64,000 bases of DNA from Lachnospiraceae bacterium (GTDB lineage: Bacteria; Bacillota; Clostridia; Lachnospirales; Lachnospiraceae), in contig VSNY01000002.1 in NCBI GenBank assembly GCA_009774535.1, positions 8,334-72,333 of the forward strand, given 5' to 3'. A program made the translations under genes and the position numbers. Below, piece after piece: positions 19,354-28,553 of this stretch (the stretch's first letter is position 1; every line of letters begins with the position of its first letter). The notes beneath the pieces were generated by a model, which searched no databases, had not been told where the DNA came from, and saw only the letters and a program-made list of their open reading frames with translations.

Positions 19354-21408
19354 TTAAAATGTAATGGCCAGTCCGATACGGTATACTAAAAAGGTAACGC
19401 CCCATGCCACAACCAGCTGGAACAGTGTGACAAAGCAGGTCCATCCCCAGCTGTCCGACTCTTTTTGTATGGTAGCCAATGTCGCCGCGCAAGGCACATA
19501 CAGCAGACAGAAGACCATCAGGCAGAATGCGTTTAACGGCCCGAATCCGATGCCCTTTAATACTTCGGAAAATCTTGCCATACCAGAGGCGGAATTGGCG
19601 TTTACGATGCCGAACAAAACCGCGCAGCTGGATACAACGACTTCTTTTGCGGAAATTCCGGCGATCAGGGCAACCGCAATCTGCCAAAAGCCGAGCCCGA
19701 CAGGCGCAAAAACAGGAACCAGCCATTTGCCAATGATTGCGCCGAATCCTTCAGATAAGTCCGGTGCATATCCTTGTGGTCCGAAATTCAGCAAAAACCA
19801 GATCAGCAGCGTTGCGATAAAAATGGTCGTGCCTGCTTTTCCCAAATAGTCCTTGACCTTATCCCATACATAAATGCCTACGGTCCGCGCGTCCGGCAGC
19901 TTATATTCCGGCAGTTCGATCAGCAGATAGTTCGCGCTTTTCTCCCGGTCAAGCAGGTGCAGGACATATGAGACGGCCATAGCGACAGCAATGCCGATCA
20001 GGTACATGGAATAGGCGGCAAGCAGAGCGTTTTTGCCAAAAAACATTTCTGCAAACAGGATGTAAATTGTCAGGCGGGCATTGCAGCTCATAAACGGGGT
20101 TACTAGCATGACTTTGTAGCGGTCGCGTTTATTTTCTAATGCACGCGAAGCCATAATTGCCGGAACCGTGCAGCCAAATCCGAGCAGCATCGGGATAAAC
20201 GCCTTGCCGGAAAGACCAAGTCTGCTCATCAGACCTTCCATAATATAGGCAACCCGCGCCATATAGCCGCTGTCTTCCAAAAATGCAAGCGCCAGAAACA
20301 GGATAAAGATATTTGGCAAAAATGTAACAATCGTTCCTACGCCGCCAATGATACCTTCCACAACGAGCGATTCCAGCGCCTTGTGGGTATGCATGGCGCG
20401 CAGTCCGTCTATGGTCAGTCCGGAGATCCAGTCAATGGCTGTTTCAAAATAGCCTTTGATCCAGTCTCCGACCGCAAAGGTCAGGAAAAATACGACCGCC
20501 ATAATGCCCAGAAAAATCGGAATGCCAAAGATCTTGTGCGTTAACGCCCGATCAACCCGTTCCGTTAACTGGTCCTGCCGCTTTTTATGCAGCAGCGCTT
20601 CATCAATAATTTCTTCTATAAAATCATACTTTTCATTGATGATCTGTGATTCATAGTTTTTGTCCAGCACATCCGGCAGGTCAAGCGGATATTTTTCCCA
20701 AACTTCTGTGTCGTGTTCCAGAAGCTTGATTGCATGCCAGCGATAGTTGGAAATATCCGGATATGATTCCTGTAATGCCGCGATCAGCTGGTCGATCTTA
20801 TCTTCCAGCGGGTCCGAATAGACCATGGCAAATTCTTTGTGGTGATCGTGGACATGATGTCCAGTGTCTTTGTGATGATGGATCAGGCTGTCCGGGTCAT
20901 GATGTCCCTTATGGTGAGCCGCCGCGTGCAGCAGGGAGTCGAGGCCCGTGCGCTTGCGGGCAGATACCGGAATCACCGGAATACCAAGCATTTCCGGCAG
21001 GCGGTGCAGATCAATTTCCATACCGCGTTTTTCGACAATATCCATCATATTCAGCGCCAGTACGACAGGCTTGCCCAGTTCCAGGATCTGCAGGGTCAGA
21101 TACAGGTTGCGTTCAAGGGCGGAAGCGTCCGCTACATTAATGACAACATCCACTTCATCGCTTAAAATAAATTGTCTGGAGACGGTTTCTTCCATTGTAT
21201 AAGAAGTCAGGCTGTAAGTACCAGGCAGGTCGACCAGCCGGATATTCAGATCGTGGTCGCGGATTGCGCTTTCGACTTTTTCTACGGTAACGCCGGGCCA
21301 GTTGGCCACTTTCAAATTTGCACCGGTGTAGGCGTTGAACAGTGTCGTTTTACCGCAGTTCGGGTTGCCGATAAATCCTATGGTCAGATTTTCTTTCAAA
21401 TATGTCAC
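19354..21408 (-). CDS. feoB: Ferrous iron transport protein B
   Basis: GNPNCGKTTLFN, NWPGVTVE, DLPGTYSL, LEDSGYMAR; true start may be TTG at 21399. Confidence 0.95.
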   Translation of the reverse strand: MTYLKENLTIGFIGNPNCGKTTLFNAYTGANLKVANWPGVTVEKVESAIRDHDLNIRLVDLPGTYSLTSYTMEETVSRQFILSDEVDVVINVADASALERNLYLTLQILELGKPVVLALNMMDIVEKRGMEIDLHRLPEMLGIPVIPVSARKRTGLDSLLHAAAHHKGHHDPDSLIHHHKDTGHHVHDHHKEFAMVYSDPLEDKIDQLIAALQESYPDISNYRWHAIKLLEHDTEVWEKYPLDLPDVLDKNYESQIINEKYDFIEEIIDEALLHKKRQDQLTERVDRALTHKIFGIPIFLGIMAVVFFLTFAVGDWIKGYFETAIDWISGLTIDGLRAMHTHKALESLVVEGIIGGVGTIVTFLPNIFILFLALAFLEDSGYMARVAYIMEGLMSRLGLSGKAFIPMLLGFGCTVPAIMASRALENKRDRYKVMLVTPFMSCNARLTIYILFAEMFFGKNALLAAYSMYLIGIAVAMAVSYVLHLLDREKSANYLLIELPEYKLPDARTVGIYVWDKVKDYLGKAGTTIFIATLLIWFLLNFGPQGYAPDLSEGFGAIIGKWLVPVFAPVGLGFWQIAVALIAGISAKEVVVSSCAVLFGIVNANSASGMARFSEVLKGIGFGPLNAFCLMVFCLLYVPCAATLATIQKESDSWGWTCFVTLFQLVVAWGVTFLVYRIGLAITF

Positions 21409-21629
21409 CTCGTTTCACGTACTGTTATATGTTTTGTCATGTTATATCCAAGCGCAAACCGGGCGCCGCGCAGTTTAATGATCATAATGCCTTTGCCTTT
21501 GCGGTTTAAGACGGATATTTCAGATTCTCTTGTCATTCCAAGGGCTTCCAGCCGCCGTTCCATCTGGAAGGGAAGGTCGATGTGTTCTACAATGCAGCTA
21601 TGGCCTGTCTGCACGTCTTTTAAAAACAT
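21405..21629 (-). CDS. feoA: Ferrous iron transport protein A
   Basis: RRLEALGM motif, 74 aa, directly upstream of feoB. Confidence 0.9.
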   Translation of the reverse strand: MFLKDVQTGHSCIVEHIDLPFQMERRLEALGMTRESEISVLNRKGKGIMIIKLRGARFALGYNMTKHITVRETR

Positions 21630-21761
21630 GTACAGATACCTCCTTGTTTGAGTTGTGTTGTTAGTTGGTGCTTGCTAAGTATAACATGAGTTGGGGGAAA
21701 ATAGAATAGCTACTTAAGAATGATTTCTTATATGAGCTGTGCATATCAAATAATTTTTGCA

Positions 21762-21817
21762 TTGACATTCTCGATATTCGAGAGTATGATCTTTTTATAA
21801 AACTTGATATTCGAGAA
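21762..21817 (+). promoter_or_regulatory. sigmaA promoter with two palindromic operator copies
   Basis: TTGACA-17-TATGAT. TCTCGATATTCGAGA lies between -35 and -10, and CTTGATATTCGAGA lies downstream. Confidence 0.75.
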
Positions 21818-21829
21818 TAAAAACAAACT

Positions 21830-22226
21830 TCAGAAGCCGGGCTTATCCGGGAAACGAAAACGCAAGGGCGCAGACGCAGCTATAAAGAGTTTACAAAAAG
21901 CTGGATGCTGCACCATGGCTGGCAAAGGAAGCCTATCAGCTGACGTGGCAGAATGCGGGAGAACTGTATTGGTATCTGCTATGCTATGAGGATTGTATTT
22001 TGGAAATCCAGCTGGATTGGAAAGCGACAGAAAAACAGATGCGTATGACTGGTGAAAAAATGCTTTCCGTAAATTCGGCTGAATTGCCTTAAAGATGCAA
22101 TACGCAGATTGGGATGATCGCATTTGGAAGCTGGAACTGGCAGAAGATCCGTCCCGGGATCATGGGACAGCAGTCAACAGGAGATGTAAAGGAGTTACAC
22201 TTTATCAGGAAAGGAAAGTAAAATAA
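21830..22226 (+). pseudogene. Remnant C-terminal fragment(s) of DUF2812-like protein(s)
   Basis: After an in-frame TAA, the frame reads YKKLDAAPWLAKEAYQL...YLLCYEDCILEIQLDWKATEKQM. A second fragment reads WDDRIWKLELAEDPS. No start or RBS. Family resemblance is from memory. Confidence 0.5.
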
Positions 22227-22227
22227 A

Positions 22228-22491
22228 ATGAAGAAACGAAACAGTTTTTCGCAAGTAAAATTAACAGAGGCACAAAAAGAAAAATTAAAGGAAGAAATAA
22301 AAATATTTTATTCCTCTGAACGCGGGGAAGAAATTGGGATTATTGAACAAATGCAGCTCCTGCATCTGTTTGAAGAAAAGTTGGCGCCTGTCGTTTATAA
22401 TAAAGCGCTTGACGATGCTAAAAGATGGTTTACCCAAATGATGGATAACATGGATGCTGACTATTATGCACTCTATAAAAATGAAGATTAG
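22228..22491 (+). CDS. DUF2164 family protein
   Basis: ERGEEIG...LAPVVYNKALDDA pattern; RBS GAAAGGA. Confidence 0.75.
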   Translation: MKKRNSFSQVKLTEAQKEKLKEEIKIFYSSERGEEIGIIEQMQLLHLFEEKLAPVVYNKALDDAKRWFTQMMDNMDADYYALYKNED

Positions 22492-22553
22492 GCGCTAAAT
22501 CTACGAATTGAGAAAAATGGAAAAACTCTGATTCCAGCAGTCTTTCAAAGGCT

Positions 22554-22620
22554 ATGACAGTTGAAATCAGTGATAAGACCATCTCCAAATGGGAATGTGG
22601 GAAAGGCTTACGAGTATCAG
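22554..22620 (+). pseudogene. Fragment of an XRE-family HTH regulator
   Basis: Translates to EISDKTISKWECGKGL, the XRE recognition helix; the rest of the gene is absent. Confidence 0.6.
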
Positions 22621-22778
22621 CAAAAAGCAATATCTAATTTATTTAGAAAAGAATAACCCTCGCAGCGACAACTTTGAACGAATCCAGCCTCGTTCGGAAT
22701 AAATAGAATCTGTAACTCATATTTTCCTTCTCCGCACATATAAATAAAATAAATCACTTTCCATGATCGGCGCAAAAT

Positions 22779-23876
22779 ATGAAACCATTCCGCTTCAAAT
22801 GCATTGTATTGATAGAACTGCTCGCGCTTTTCTCAATAATTGTTCTTACATACATCAAACCCGCGAAAATCATTCATAAAATACGATCCAATACCCCTGT
22901 ATCATCCAATCATACAGAACCGCCTGCGGCATCTGACAACAGAGACTTTATTAAATGGGTTGACTTCAAAGTTACCAGTGCCGCTATGAACGATGCTTAT
23001 CAATATGATCTGAAAGCGCATGAAACTGACACGCCCATCGACTGGGTCTGTCTGCTTGCCGTGCTTGGAGCAAAATATGGGGGAGATTTTAAAAACTATA
23101 AATCATCCGATATGAAAGCGATTGCAGATAAAATATTAAATAAAGAATCAACTTTAGAAGAACTAACTGCTGATATGAAATACTATGACTACTACAATGA
23201 AGCCTACCATGCTGTCCTGGGCGGTTTTGTCGGTGAATATCAGCTGTCCGGTTCAGATTCAAAACAAACACAATATGGACTAAAAGCATATTCGCCAATT
23301 GCAAAGGGATTTCCTTATACGGATTATGATGATTTCGGTTCTTCCCGTTCTTTCGGTTATCGTAGACAGCATCTGGGACATGATATGATGGGACAGATCG
23401 GTACGCCGATTATAGCCGTAGAATCCGGTTATGTGGAATGCCTTGGCTGGAACCGCTATGGCGGCTGGCGTATTGGCATACGCAGCTTTGATAAAAAAAG
23501 ATATTATTATTATGCCCACCTGCGCCAAAACTTTCCATACAGCAAATCACTCAAAGAAGGCGGCGCCGTAACAGCAGGGGATGTAATTGGTTACATGGGA
23601 CACACGGGATACAGCGATAAAGAAAATGTAAATAATATCGACATTATACATTTGCACTTTGGCCTGCAGCTGATTTTTGACGAATCCCAAAAAGATGGAA
23701 ACAGTGAAATATGGATCAGTTGTTATGAATTGGCGCGCTTTTTATCTCAAAACCGCAGCGAGACAGCAAAGGATGAATCAACCAAAGAATGGCGCCGGAT
23801 ACAGGAAATCATTGATCCTGCAGTGCAGCAGTACGAAAAACAGAAACAGAAGGATACCACAGAGAAACCCCGTTAA
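22779..23876 (+). CDS. M23 family metallopeptidase, membrane-anchored
   Basis: N-terminal TM, HLGHD (HxxxD), YYYAHL, GYMGHTG, HLHF; weak SigE-like promoter at 22717-22745. Confidence 0.88.
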   Translation: MKPFRFKCIVLIELLALFSIIVLTYIKPAKIIHKIRSNTPVSSNHTEPPAASDNRDFIKWVDFKVTSAAMNDAYQYDLKAHETDTPIDWVCLLAVLGAKYGGDFKNYKSSDMKAIADKILNKESTLEELTADMKYYDYYNEAYHAVLGGFVGEYQLSGSDSKQTQYGLKAYSPIAKGFPYTDYDDFGSSRSFGYRRQHLGHDMMGQIGTPIIAVESGYVECLGWNRYGGWRIGIRSFDKKRYYYYAHLRQNFPYSKSLKEGGAVTAGDVIGYMGHTGYSDKENVNNIDIIHLHFGLQLIFDESQKDGNSEIWISCYELARFLSQNRSETAKDESTKEWRRIQEIIDPAVQQYEKQKQKDTTEKPR

Positions 23877-23959
23877 TCACAAGATTGGCGGGATTTGGTA
23901 AATATAGATAAAAAAGGGTGTATAAAATTAGCTATTTGCTACAAAATAAATTTTTGGGA

Positions 23960-23988
23960 TAGACAGTCAAAAAAAATTATAGTAAAAT
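23960..23988 (+). promoter_or_regulatory. sigmaA promoter of the HPr gene
   Basis: TAGACA-17-TAAAAT. Confidence 0.6.
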
Positions 23989-24017
23989 CTGTATATAGAA
24001 ATCAGGAAAGCACATGC

Positions 24018-24114
24018 CAGGTTGTGACTTTAAGTAGGCAAAGCTGGATTGTACTCACAAGAATTAAGATTGATTTATTTTGATGTTTTTTCATGAGTAT
24101 GATGCAGTTTTTTT
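24018..24114 (+). promoter_or_regulatory. RAT-like antiterminator overlapping an intrinsic terminator (BglG/LicT/GlcT type)
   Basis: CAGGTTGTGACTTTAAGTAGGCAAAGCTG overlaps the 5' arm of CTGGATTGTACTCA...TGAGTATGATGCAG-TTTTTTT. Confidence 0.7.
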
Positions 24115-24219
24115 ACGTTTCAAGCAGGCGAAGCGGTCTGCGTTTGGAGATAAATCTGGCAGAATTGTTGTGCTTACAGCAGATCGTGCAGGACTGTAAA
24201 AAACAAGGAGGAAATTATT

Positions 24220-24477
24220 ATGAAATCATTTAACTACGTCATTACAGATGAACAGGGTGTACATGCAAGACCAGCAGGAATCTTAGTGAAAGAAGCAAAA
24301 AAATATGCTTCCAAGATTACAATCAGTGCTGGCGGGAAAAATGCTGAGGCTACAAAGCTGATGGCAATTATGAGCATGGGCATTAAAAAGGGTACAGAAA
24401 TTGAAGTATCTGTAGAAGGTGATGACGAAGAAGCTGCAGCAGCAGAAATGGAGAAATTTTTCAAAGAAAATTTGTAA
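24220..24477 (+). CDS. ptsH: PTS phosphocarrier protein HPr
   Basis: GVHARPA (His15), 85 aa; the Ser46 region reads AEATKLMA. Confidence 0.88.
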   Translation: MKSFNYVITDEQGVHARPAGILVKEAKKYASKITISAGGKNAEATKLMAIMSMGIKKGTEIEVSVEGDDEEAAAAEMEKFFKENL

Positions 24478-24516
24478 TCAAAATTTTAAATTGTGATTAA
24501 AATAATTATAAGATCA

Positions 24517-24566
24517 GCCGCACTAGAAATGTTTATAAAATACATTTCCGGTGCGGCATTTTTCTT
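24517..24566 (+). terminator. Terminator after the HPr gene
   Basis: GCCGCACTAGAAATGT...ACATTTCCGGTGCGGC followed by a T run. Confidence 0.7.
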
Positions 24567-25057
24567 ACAGCCAATCAGATCAGGTGTCACATTTTGATAT
24601 GGCGATGTACTTTTGAGTGGCTGGGGGATACTGTAAGTCCGAAGGTTGGCTGCTGGGGGGCCGGAGAGCCAAAAAAGTCCCCCAGCCAATCCACGTCCCG
24701 CCGCCTGCAATCCATCCGAGCAGTCACAAACGCAGCTCAATATCAATTCTGCTGCCAGGAATCAAATTTTTTATTACGCGAAAATTCCAGCGATAAATAA
24801 CAGTTCCAAAGGTGATTAAAACTTCTGCACGCGTCCTTCTCTCATACACAAAAATTTGCTGAAACGCAGATGATTTTTTCCTTAATTTGTGATACAATTC
24901 AAATACCAACAATCAGAGCGCCGAATACACACATATTTCATCAAAAATCCAGTTGTTTCAGAAGTTCTTAAATTTCATACTGGATTTTGATAAATAACGT
25001 TCCAAAAGTACGAAACAATACAGCGATGCAACAATCACAGCAAGGAGTGTCTACAAT

Positions 25058-25624
25058 ATGACAGGTATTTATTTTAGCGGTACTGGCAATTCTAAATATG
25101 CTTTAGAAATATTCTTAAAAGAATTTCACGCACAGGAAAATATATTTTCCATTGAAGAAGCTGCAGCTGTCAGTTCCATAAAAAGACACAAAGCCATCCT
25201 GTTCAGCTACCCGGTGCAGTTTTCCAATATACCTAAAATAGTCAGGGATTTTGTAACAGCAAATGCAGGACTGTGGAAAGGGAAAAAAGTGTTTGTAATC
25301 GCTACCATGGGGCTGTTTAGCGGCGATGGCGCGGGGGTGCTGGCGCGGCTGCTGAAAAAGTATGGCGCTCAGGCAGTCGGCGGTCTGCATGTAAAAATGC
25401 CGGACAGTATAGCAGATGAAAAGCTGTTAAAAAGAACGCCTGCAAAAAATCGCCGCTTGATCACAGATGCGGAACAAAAGATAAAAAAATGCGCCCGGGC
25501 GGTAAAAGCAGGCCGTCCGCCGCAGGAAGGAATCGGATTTTTTTGTCAGATGGCAGGTTTGTTCGGGCAAAGGCTGTGGTTTTCTGGGGTGATCCGCCAG
25601 GGAACGGTAGAGGCATACAAATAA
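25058..25624 (+). pseudogene. EFR1-type flavodoxin/ferredoxin, apparently C-terminally truncated
   Basis: YFSGTGNS flavodoxin motif and GLFGQRLWF; stops before any CxxCxxC 4Fe-4S domain. Confidence 0.6.
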
Positions 25625-25656
25625 CGGACAGATCTAAGGAGGAGGTATTTAAGTTC

Positions 25657-26109
25657 ATGAAACTGGCAACAGCATTAGCAGAAAGAGCAGATTTGCAAAA
25701 CAGGCTGTCGGAACTTGGCGGCCGTTTGAACCGGAATGCCAAAGTGCAGGAAGGAGAAGAACCGTCCGAATCCCCGGACTTGCTGATGGAAGAATCGGAT
25801 AGATTAATCAGACGTCTGGAAGAACTGATGATCAGGATCAATCTGACCAACAGCAGCACGGAGTACGAGGGCAGGACGATTACGGAATTTCTTGCGCACA
25901 GGGACTGTTTAAGGATGAAAATCCGCTTGATGCGGGAATTTTTGGATCATGCGAGCAGTCAGGTCAGCCGCCTGACACATACGGAGATCAAAATTAAAAG
26001 TACGGTTCCGGTATCTGAGATACAGAAAAAAGTAGATCAGATGGCAAAAGAATTGCGGGAAACAGACGAAAAGATCCAGGAACTGAACTGGACTACGCAG
26101 CTGCAGTAG
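25657..26109 (+). CDS. DIP1984-like coiled-coil protein (150 aa)
   Basis: MKLATALAERADLQ...NAKVQEGEEP.E.P...IN.TN...IQELNWTTQL; strong RBS AAGGAGGAGGT. Confidence 0.8.
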   Translation: MKLATALAERADLQNRLSELGGRLNRNAKVQEGEEPSESPDLLMEESDRLIRRLEELMIRINLTNSSTEYEGRTITEFLAHRDCLRMKIRLMREFLDHASSQVSRLTHTEIKIKSTVPVSEIQKKVDQMAKELRETDEKIQELNWTTQLQ

Positions 26110-26172
26110 AATCGGACAATCTGATTTACGCCGTCACAGGCGGCAGAAATGCAAATCTAATTGACGCAGGTA

Positions 26173-26339
26173 GTCTGACAGGGTGGATGCATCTCCATCG
26201 GCAGAGAATGTGCCGTAACATTGGTGGGGGCCTGGACAGCCCTATGGAGTCCGAATCTCCGCAATACCATGCATGTCCAGTATCAGAACATGCGCATGTA
26301 AACACTGCATAATAATAACCATTGGATCAACTGTCAGAC
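26173..26339 (+). ncRNA. Candidate structured RNA downstream of the DIP1984-like gene
   Basis: Closing helix GTCTGACAG/CTGTCAGAC encloses five short hairpins; strand assumed from the upstream gene. Confidence 0.5.
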
Positions 26340-26407
26340 GAGGGAGGGACCGGGGAAACGAATGAAACAATCATTTAGGGGAAATTAGAAAAAACAGGGG
26401 GAACTAT

Positions 26408-28300
26408 ATGGAATTTGACCAGGAGAAATATCTGACATTATTAGCTGAAAAATATCCGACCATTCAGGCAGTATGCCGTGAGATTATCAACCTGAATGCG
26501 ATCCTGAACCTTCCAAAAGGTACAGAGCATTTTATGAGTGACCTGCATGGAGAATACGAGGCGTTTTACCATATCCTGAACAACTGTTCCGGCGTTATCC
26601 GTGAAAAAGTGGATATGCTGTTCGAGGAAACGTTATCTGACGCGGAGCGCGAACAGATCTGCACGTTGGTCTATTATCCAAGGGAAAAACTGGAACTGAT
26701 CAAAAAAGAAGTCATTAATCTAAAGGAATGGTACCGTGAAATTTTGGCGGAATTGATCGAAATCGCCAAGACTTTATCATCAAAGTATACGCGGTCCAAA
26801 GTGCGTAAGGCTATGCCGGAGGAATTTGCCTACATTATTGACGAGCTGCTTCATGTACAAAAAGATGAAGATGATAATCAGGTCATTTACCACCGCGAAA
26901 TTTTAACAACGATTATTGAGCTTGACAACGCAGATGAATTTATCGTAGCGCTGGCGGATCTGATCAAACGGATGGCCGTAGACCGCCTGCATATTGTCGG
27001 CGATATTTTTGACCGCGGCGCCTGTGCGGACCAGATTCTGGATTTGCTGATGAAATACCATTCGCTGGATATCGAATGGGGCAACCACGATATTTTGTGG
27101 ATGGGCGCTGCCGCCGGAAGCAAGGCATGCATTGCCAATGTCGTGCGAAATAATTTAAGATACGACAACACCGAAATTCTGGAAAACAGTTACGGTATCA
27201 GCCTGCGGAAATTAACGCTTTATTCGGAAAAACAATATCCTGACGTAGATCCGATGAAGGCAGCTGAAAAAGCCATTACGGTTATGCTGTTTAAGCTGGA
27301 AGGCCAGGTGATCGCCAGACATCCGGAATACGAAATGGATGACCGCAGGCTGCTTCACCGCATTCATTGGGATACGCATACGATCGAACTGGAAGGAAAG
27401 ACCTACGAACTGACCGAAACCGAATTTCCGACTGTCATCCCGGAGGACGCCTACCGATTGTCTGACGAAGAAGAAGAAATTATGGACGAGCTGTGCATGG
27501 CATTTGTCAACAGCAGCCGGCTAAACGAGCATATCCGGTTTTTATACAAAAAAGGCGGCATGTATAAAACATTTAACGGAAACCTGCTGTACCATGGCTG
27601 TATTCCTTTGGATCAGGAAGGTAATTTTGAAGGCATCTGCATTGACGGAAGGATGTATAAAGGCCGCGCATATCTGGAATACGCGGACAAAACAAGCAGG
27701 CGAGCTTACCTGTCCGGCCGTAAGCAGAGCGATCTGGACTTTATGTGGTATTTATGGTGCGGCAGAAAATCACCGCTGTGCGGCCGTAATATCAAGACAT
27801 TTGAACGCAGTTATATCGCGGACCAGTCTGTTTGGCACGAAGCGAGCGATCCATACTATCGGTTTTATCAGACGGAAAAAACGTGCAACATGATCCTGCG
27901 CGAATTCGGTCTGTATTCTTCCTATTCGCACATTATCAACGGCCATACGCCGGTGCGTACGGGTGAAGGCGAAATGCCGGTGCGCGCGAATGGGAAGCTG
28001 ATTGTGATCGATGGAGGATTTTGCCGCAGCTATCATAAAACGACCGGAATCGCGGGTTATACGTTGATTTATAATTCTCATGGGATACGCATTAAGGCGC
28101 ATCAGCCTTTTGAAAGCGTCTATGCCGCGCTGCGGGAGAATAAGGATATTGAGTCGAAAAGCGAGATGGTAGAGACAGAAAAAGAGCGGCTGATGGTGAA
28201 GCATACAGATAATGGAAGGAAGATCCTGGAAGATATCGAGGGGCTTAAAAAGCTGCTGGAGGCGTATCGGGATGGTTCGATTGAGCAGGAAAGTGTGTGA
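26408..28300 (+). CDS. fbp: Fructose-1,6-bisphosphatase class III
   Basis: LNLPKGTEHFMSDLHGE, GDIFDRG, WGNHD, NGHTPV, VIDGGF. Confidence 0.95.
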   Translation: MEFDQEKYLTLLAEKYPTIQAVCREIINLNAILNLPKGTEHFMSDLHGEYEAFYHILNNCSGVIREKVDMLFEETLSDAEREQICTLVYYPREKLELIKKEVINLKEWYREILAELIEIAKTLSSKYTRSKVRKAMPEEFAYIIDELLHVQKDEDDNQVIYHREILTTIIELDNADEFIVALADLIKRMAVDRLHIVGDIFDRGACADQILDLLMKYHSLDIEWGNHDILWMGAAAGSKACIANVVRNNLRYDNTEILENSYGISLRKLTLYSEKQYPDVDPMKAAEKAITVMLFKLEGQVIARHPEYEMDDRRLLHRIHWDTHTIELEGKTYELTETEFPTVIPEDAYRLSDEEEEIMDELCMAFVNSSRLNEHIRFLYKKGGMYKTFNGNLLYHGCIPLDQEGNFEGICIDGRMYKGRAYLEYADKTSRRAYLSGRKQSDLDFMWYLWCGRKSPLCGRNIKTFERSYIADQSVWHEASDPYYRFYQTEKTCNMILREFGLYSSYSHIINGHTPVRTGEGEMPVRANGKLIVIDGGFCRSYHKTTGIAGYTLIYNSHGIRIKAHQPFESVYAALRENKDIESKSEMVETEKERLMVKHTDNGRKILEDIEGLKKLLEAYRDGSIEQESV

Positions 28301-28328
28301 TTTGAGATGGACTGGTCAGCCGTTTAAG

Positions 28329-28407
28329 GACAGTACTCGTAAGAAATGAGAAAGGATTGATTGTAAGCGACAGTACTTGTGAAAAACGAGGAAGATTGAT
28401 TCTAAGC
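28329..28407. repeat. Degenerate ~40-bp tandem duplication
   Basis: GACAGTACT...GATTGATT.TAAGC occurs twice. Confidence 0.65.
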
Positions 28408-28553
28408 GAGTGCTGACTGAAGACTGCATGTTAAACTTCTGTAACGACTCTGCGGGCCGTGGCTTGCATGGGTGAAATACCCAAGGCAAACCGCAGCCCG
28501 CAGAGTTTTGTTATAGGAACCTTTACAACGTCCGGAATTTCCCAAAAGCAGCG

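Noticed and set aside
21661..21678. TTAG-N10-CTAA as a DtxR/MntR-type box upstream of feoA
   Set aside because: Only the 4-bp arms match and the spacing differs from the DtxR consensus; too weak to call.
24619..24688. GGCTGGGGGA/TCCCCCAGCC inverted repeat as a member of the GC-rich repeat family
   Set aside because: Similarity to the other copies is too short to assign.
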